The notes under the pieces: model-generated
The model's input: only the letters and a program-made list of their open reading frames with translations
Databases searched by the model: none
Told to the model about the DNA's origin: nothing
Source of the DNA: Balanoglossus misakiensis
Taxonomy: Eukaryota > Animalia > Hemichordata
Direction: 5' to 3'
NCBI GenBank assembly: GCA_040954595.2
Contig: CM082581.2
Coordinates: 858,599-922,598 of the forward strand
DNA length: 64,000 bases
Made by a program: the position numbers and the translations under genes
Part shown: positions 61,598 to 64,000 of the stretch, piece by piece
Layout: each line of letters begins with the position of its first letter
Numbering within the stretch: position 1 is the first letter of the stretch

Positions 61598-64000
61598 AAT
61601 CCCCTATTGTCATATTTTTTAGTATATCCAGTGAACAGATCCCACCAAATGGTTCATGGTATGTCCAACAAAACAAGAGCAATGATTTTTTAAGGTCGTG
61701 GCCAAAAACATTAATTAAAAATATAATTTAATTGAAAAAATCTATGAATTTAAAAGTGAAATAATATAAATTTTCAAACTACATACATTTTTTTTTAAAC
61801 TTGTACTTTTAAAATGTGTATTGTATTAAATTTGTGACCACAGCACAGATCAGGATTGCCATATGAATATCGCCCTCTATCGATGTAATTTGGTAAGGTT
61901 TGTGAGTTTGTATTTCTTTACTCCAACTAGAATTCAGGCTGAATACGGCTGTGTCGACCAATGCAGAGCGAAGTTGTCAAAATCGACGAAACAAAGCGAG
62001 AAAATGGCAATTTGCGCTGTCGACATATTTCTTCTCCTGCCTCGAATTATCAATCCCATGGAACCCCCCCCCCCCCCCGGCGCGCCCGAAAAAAATATAT
62101 ATCAATCAGGGATCATCATAAAACTCGACTATGAATCGGACATGAAATCAAACTCGACGATGGAAAAGCAGCCGATTCAGAGATAAACGCATCCCGATAG
62201 GATGAGAACTCCGCCATGTGACTTCATCTAATTTCTCTGCAAACATGGAGGGGTTGTACGTTGGTAATGTGTTTACAAAGCAAAGTTAAGACATAAGTCC
62301 GAACATGACCGTGGTCCGAAGCTTGGACACTCTTATCAAACAGAGCAGTACAGTGTGTGGAGACATCGCCCGTAAGACACACCACCGGCCCTGCCACACT
62401 GAGCTGCAATATGCTCTTGGCTCGTAGCCGTCCCAGTCGGTAACAAGTCGTTACGGCACTTATTCTTATTGGTTCGGCCTTTAATGTACGCGACCCCGGC
62501 CGTTTCGTCCTAGCTGCAAACCGATTCTTCAATTTGCAGTTCAGTAAAGTTGGCGAACGGGATAGTCTGTTAACGGAAAACGCAGGCCTATACACAGTGC
62601 TGGCGAACGGGACAAAAGGCCACAATAAAAGCGAGCGTGTTGTCAGATCAGTGGGACTATCATAACACGAATACATAACATGTGGAAGGGCTAGGCCTAA
62701 TTTTCTCCTGAGAAAGTTCAATTCGTGTTCTGTCGATGTGAAATTGCGTTTATTTAATGCTTTTTGTAATAACATTTATGACTTTCATTTATGGTGCGAT
62801 TATAATATCCGGAATATCATCGTATGTCACAACAATGCACTTCGAAGACTTCTTGGTCACCCGGACACGAAAGTGCCTCTAAAATATTTGTTCTAAACGC
62901 CGTAAACTGCTTCTCCGTCATGAGAAGAAAAGTCGCTTTTAATTTTTCTGTTCGTCTCTGTACTAGTCCCAATGTTTTGATCAATCGTCTTGTCTCATGA
63001 GATATGCGCTTTTATGGACTACATACCCACTGGATTGACATTTTACATTGATTCTTAAAACTATTATATTTTTTACATTTATTTTATTTATTACTTTTCT
63101 AGTGTTTTTGTCAGTTTTTGTAACCTATTTCTATGGACGGTTGTGTCTGAAATAAAGATAAATAATAATCATAATAATAATAAAATAATAATTACGATCC
63201 CGAGATTACGATAAGCATAGGGACATTATAACGAGCCAACGTGAAACTGACATGGAAACGATCGACAGTACGGTAGAGCACAGTGACTGCTGGTAGAGCG
63301 AGCGTGTTGCTGTGCGGGAGGCATTTACCATGTTTGTTTACAACACACACTGAAATTTGTGTTCTTAGGGCAATTTTTGGTGTATTGGGTCTTAATTAGG
63401 CGCTTGGGTCCCTACTGTAATTACTGGAGTTTTTTTTTCTTTTTTCTTGAGTCATTTTAATTTTTTGTTCACCTAGATCTCAGAAACTGCGCTTCTGAAC
63501 CTTGGCATATAAAGGTTGGCAAACACATCTGGTCACTGATAACATACTTTGTATAAATAGTGGGACTTTTTTGTTTTGGTTATGTAAATGTCTCCATACA
63601 CAATATTTTTAGCCTGTCAATATGATTTTTCCACAGCGGACACAATGTGTGTTTGTGCTGTGGTGAATCTAGGATCAGAGATTTGAGTTCATTTTTGCCG
63701 GTGGTCTCCACTTTAAGGGCCTTTTGATAATGAGAGGGACATTTTTTCTGTTGCCATTATGACAATCATACTAGTATACAAATATTCATAAAGTAAGGCA
63801 AGATTGAGAGTAAGAATTGCAGAGAATTCCATTGCAGTTTTAGTCTGTACACTGCACTGCAATTACACCCCATGTAAAGTGTAGGAATAAAATTGTGCTA
63901 TCTAATCTTTTTTTCGGTGTGATCATGATTATCAATGATGATTTGTGAAGCATTTTCCAATATTTTACAATGTGAGCTGCTGTTCTGAGTCAATGATCTG

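Noticed and set aside
62224-62775. 183-aa minus-strand ORF
   Set aside because: Non-ATG start and no motif I recognise; it lies in probable repeat sequence.

Overview
AT-rich eukaryotic DNA, probably from a marine invertebrate (inferred from spliceosomal introns and the transposon mix), and mostly repeats. In order: a near-perfect 1.96-kb palindrome inside Helentron-like repeats; the last three exons of an EGF-transmembrane-NPxY receptor gene; a solo LTR; and a 4-kb satellite of 86-bp units. Next comes a ~38-kb nested inverted duplication (arms ~16224-26280 and ~43084-54253) that appears to carry two outward-facing non-coding transcription units. Its spacer holds a complete 10.5-kb Academ (XPG-type) DNA transposon (32373-42859, TAAT target duplication). 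The element's ~2515-codon frame, broken by one stop, joins hydrophobic segments, a ubiquitin-like domain ending in Gly-Gly, Cys-rich motifs, a transposase with an embedded OTU protease, an XPG-like nuclease and a Cys-rich tail. This is the best candidate for an undescribed system. The window ends with a young Gypsy LTR retrotransposon and a Chapaev/Transib-like transposase remnant. All family assignments come from motifs read by eye; no searches were run.
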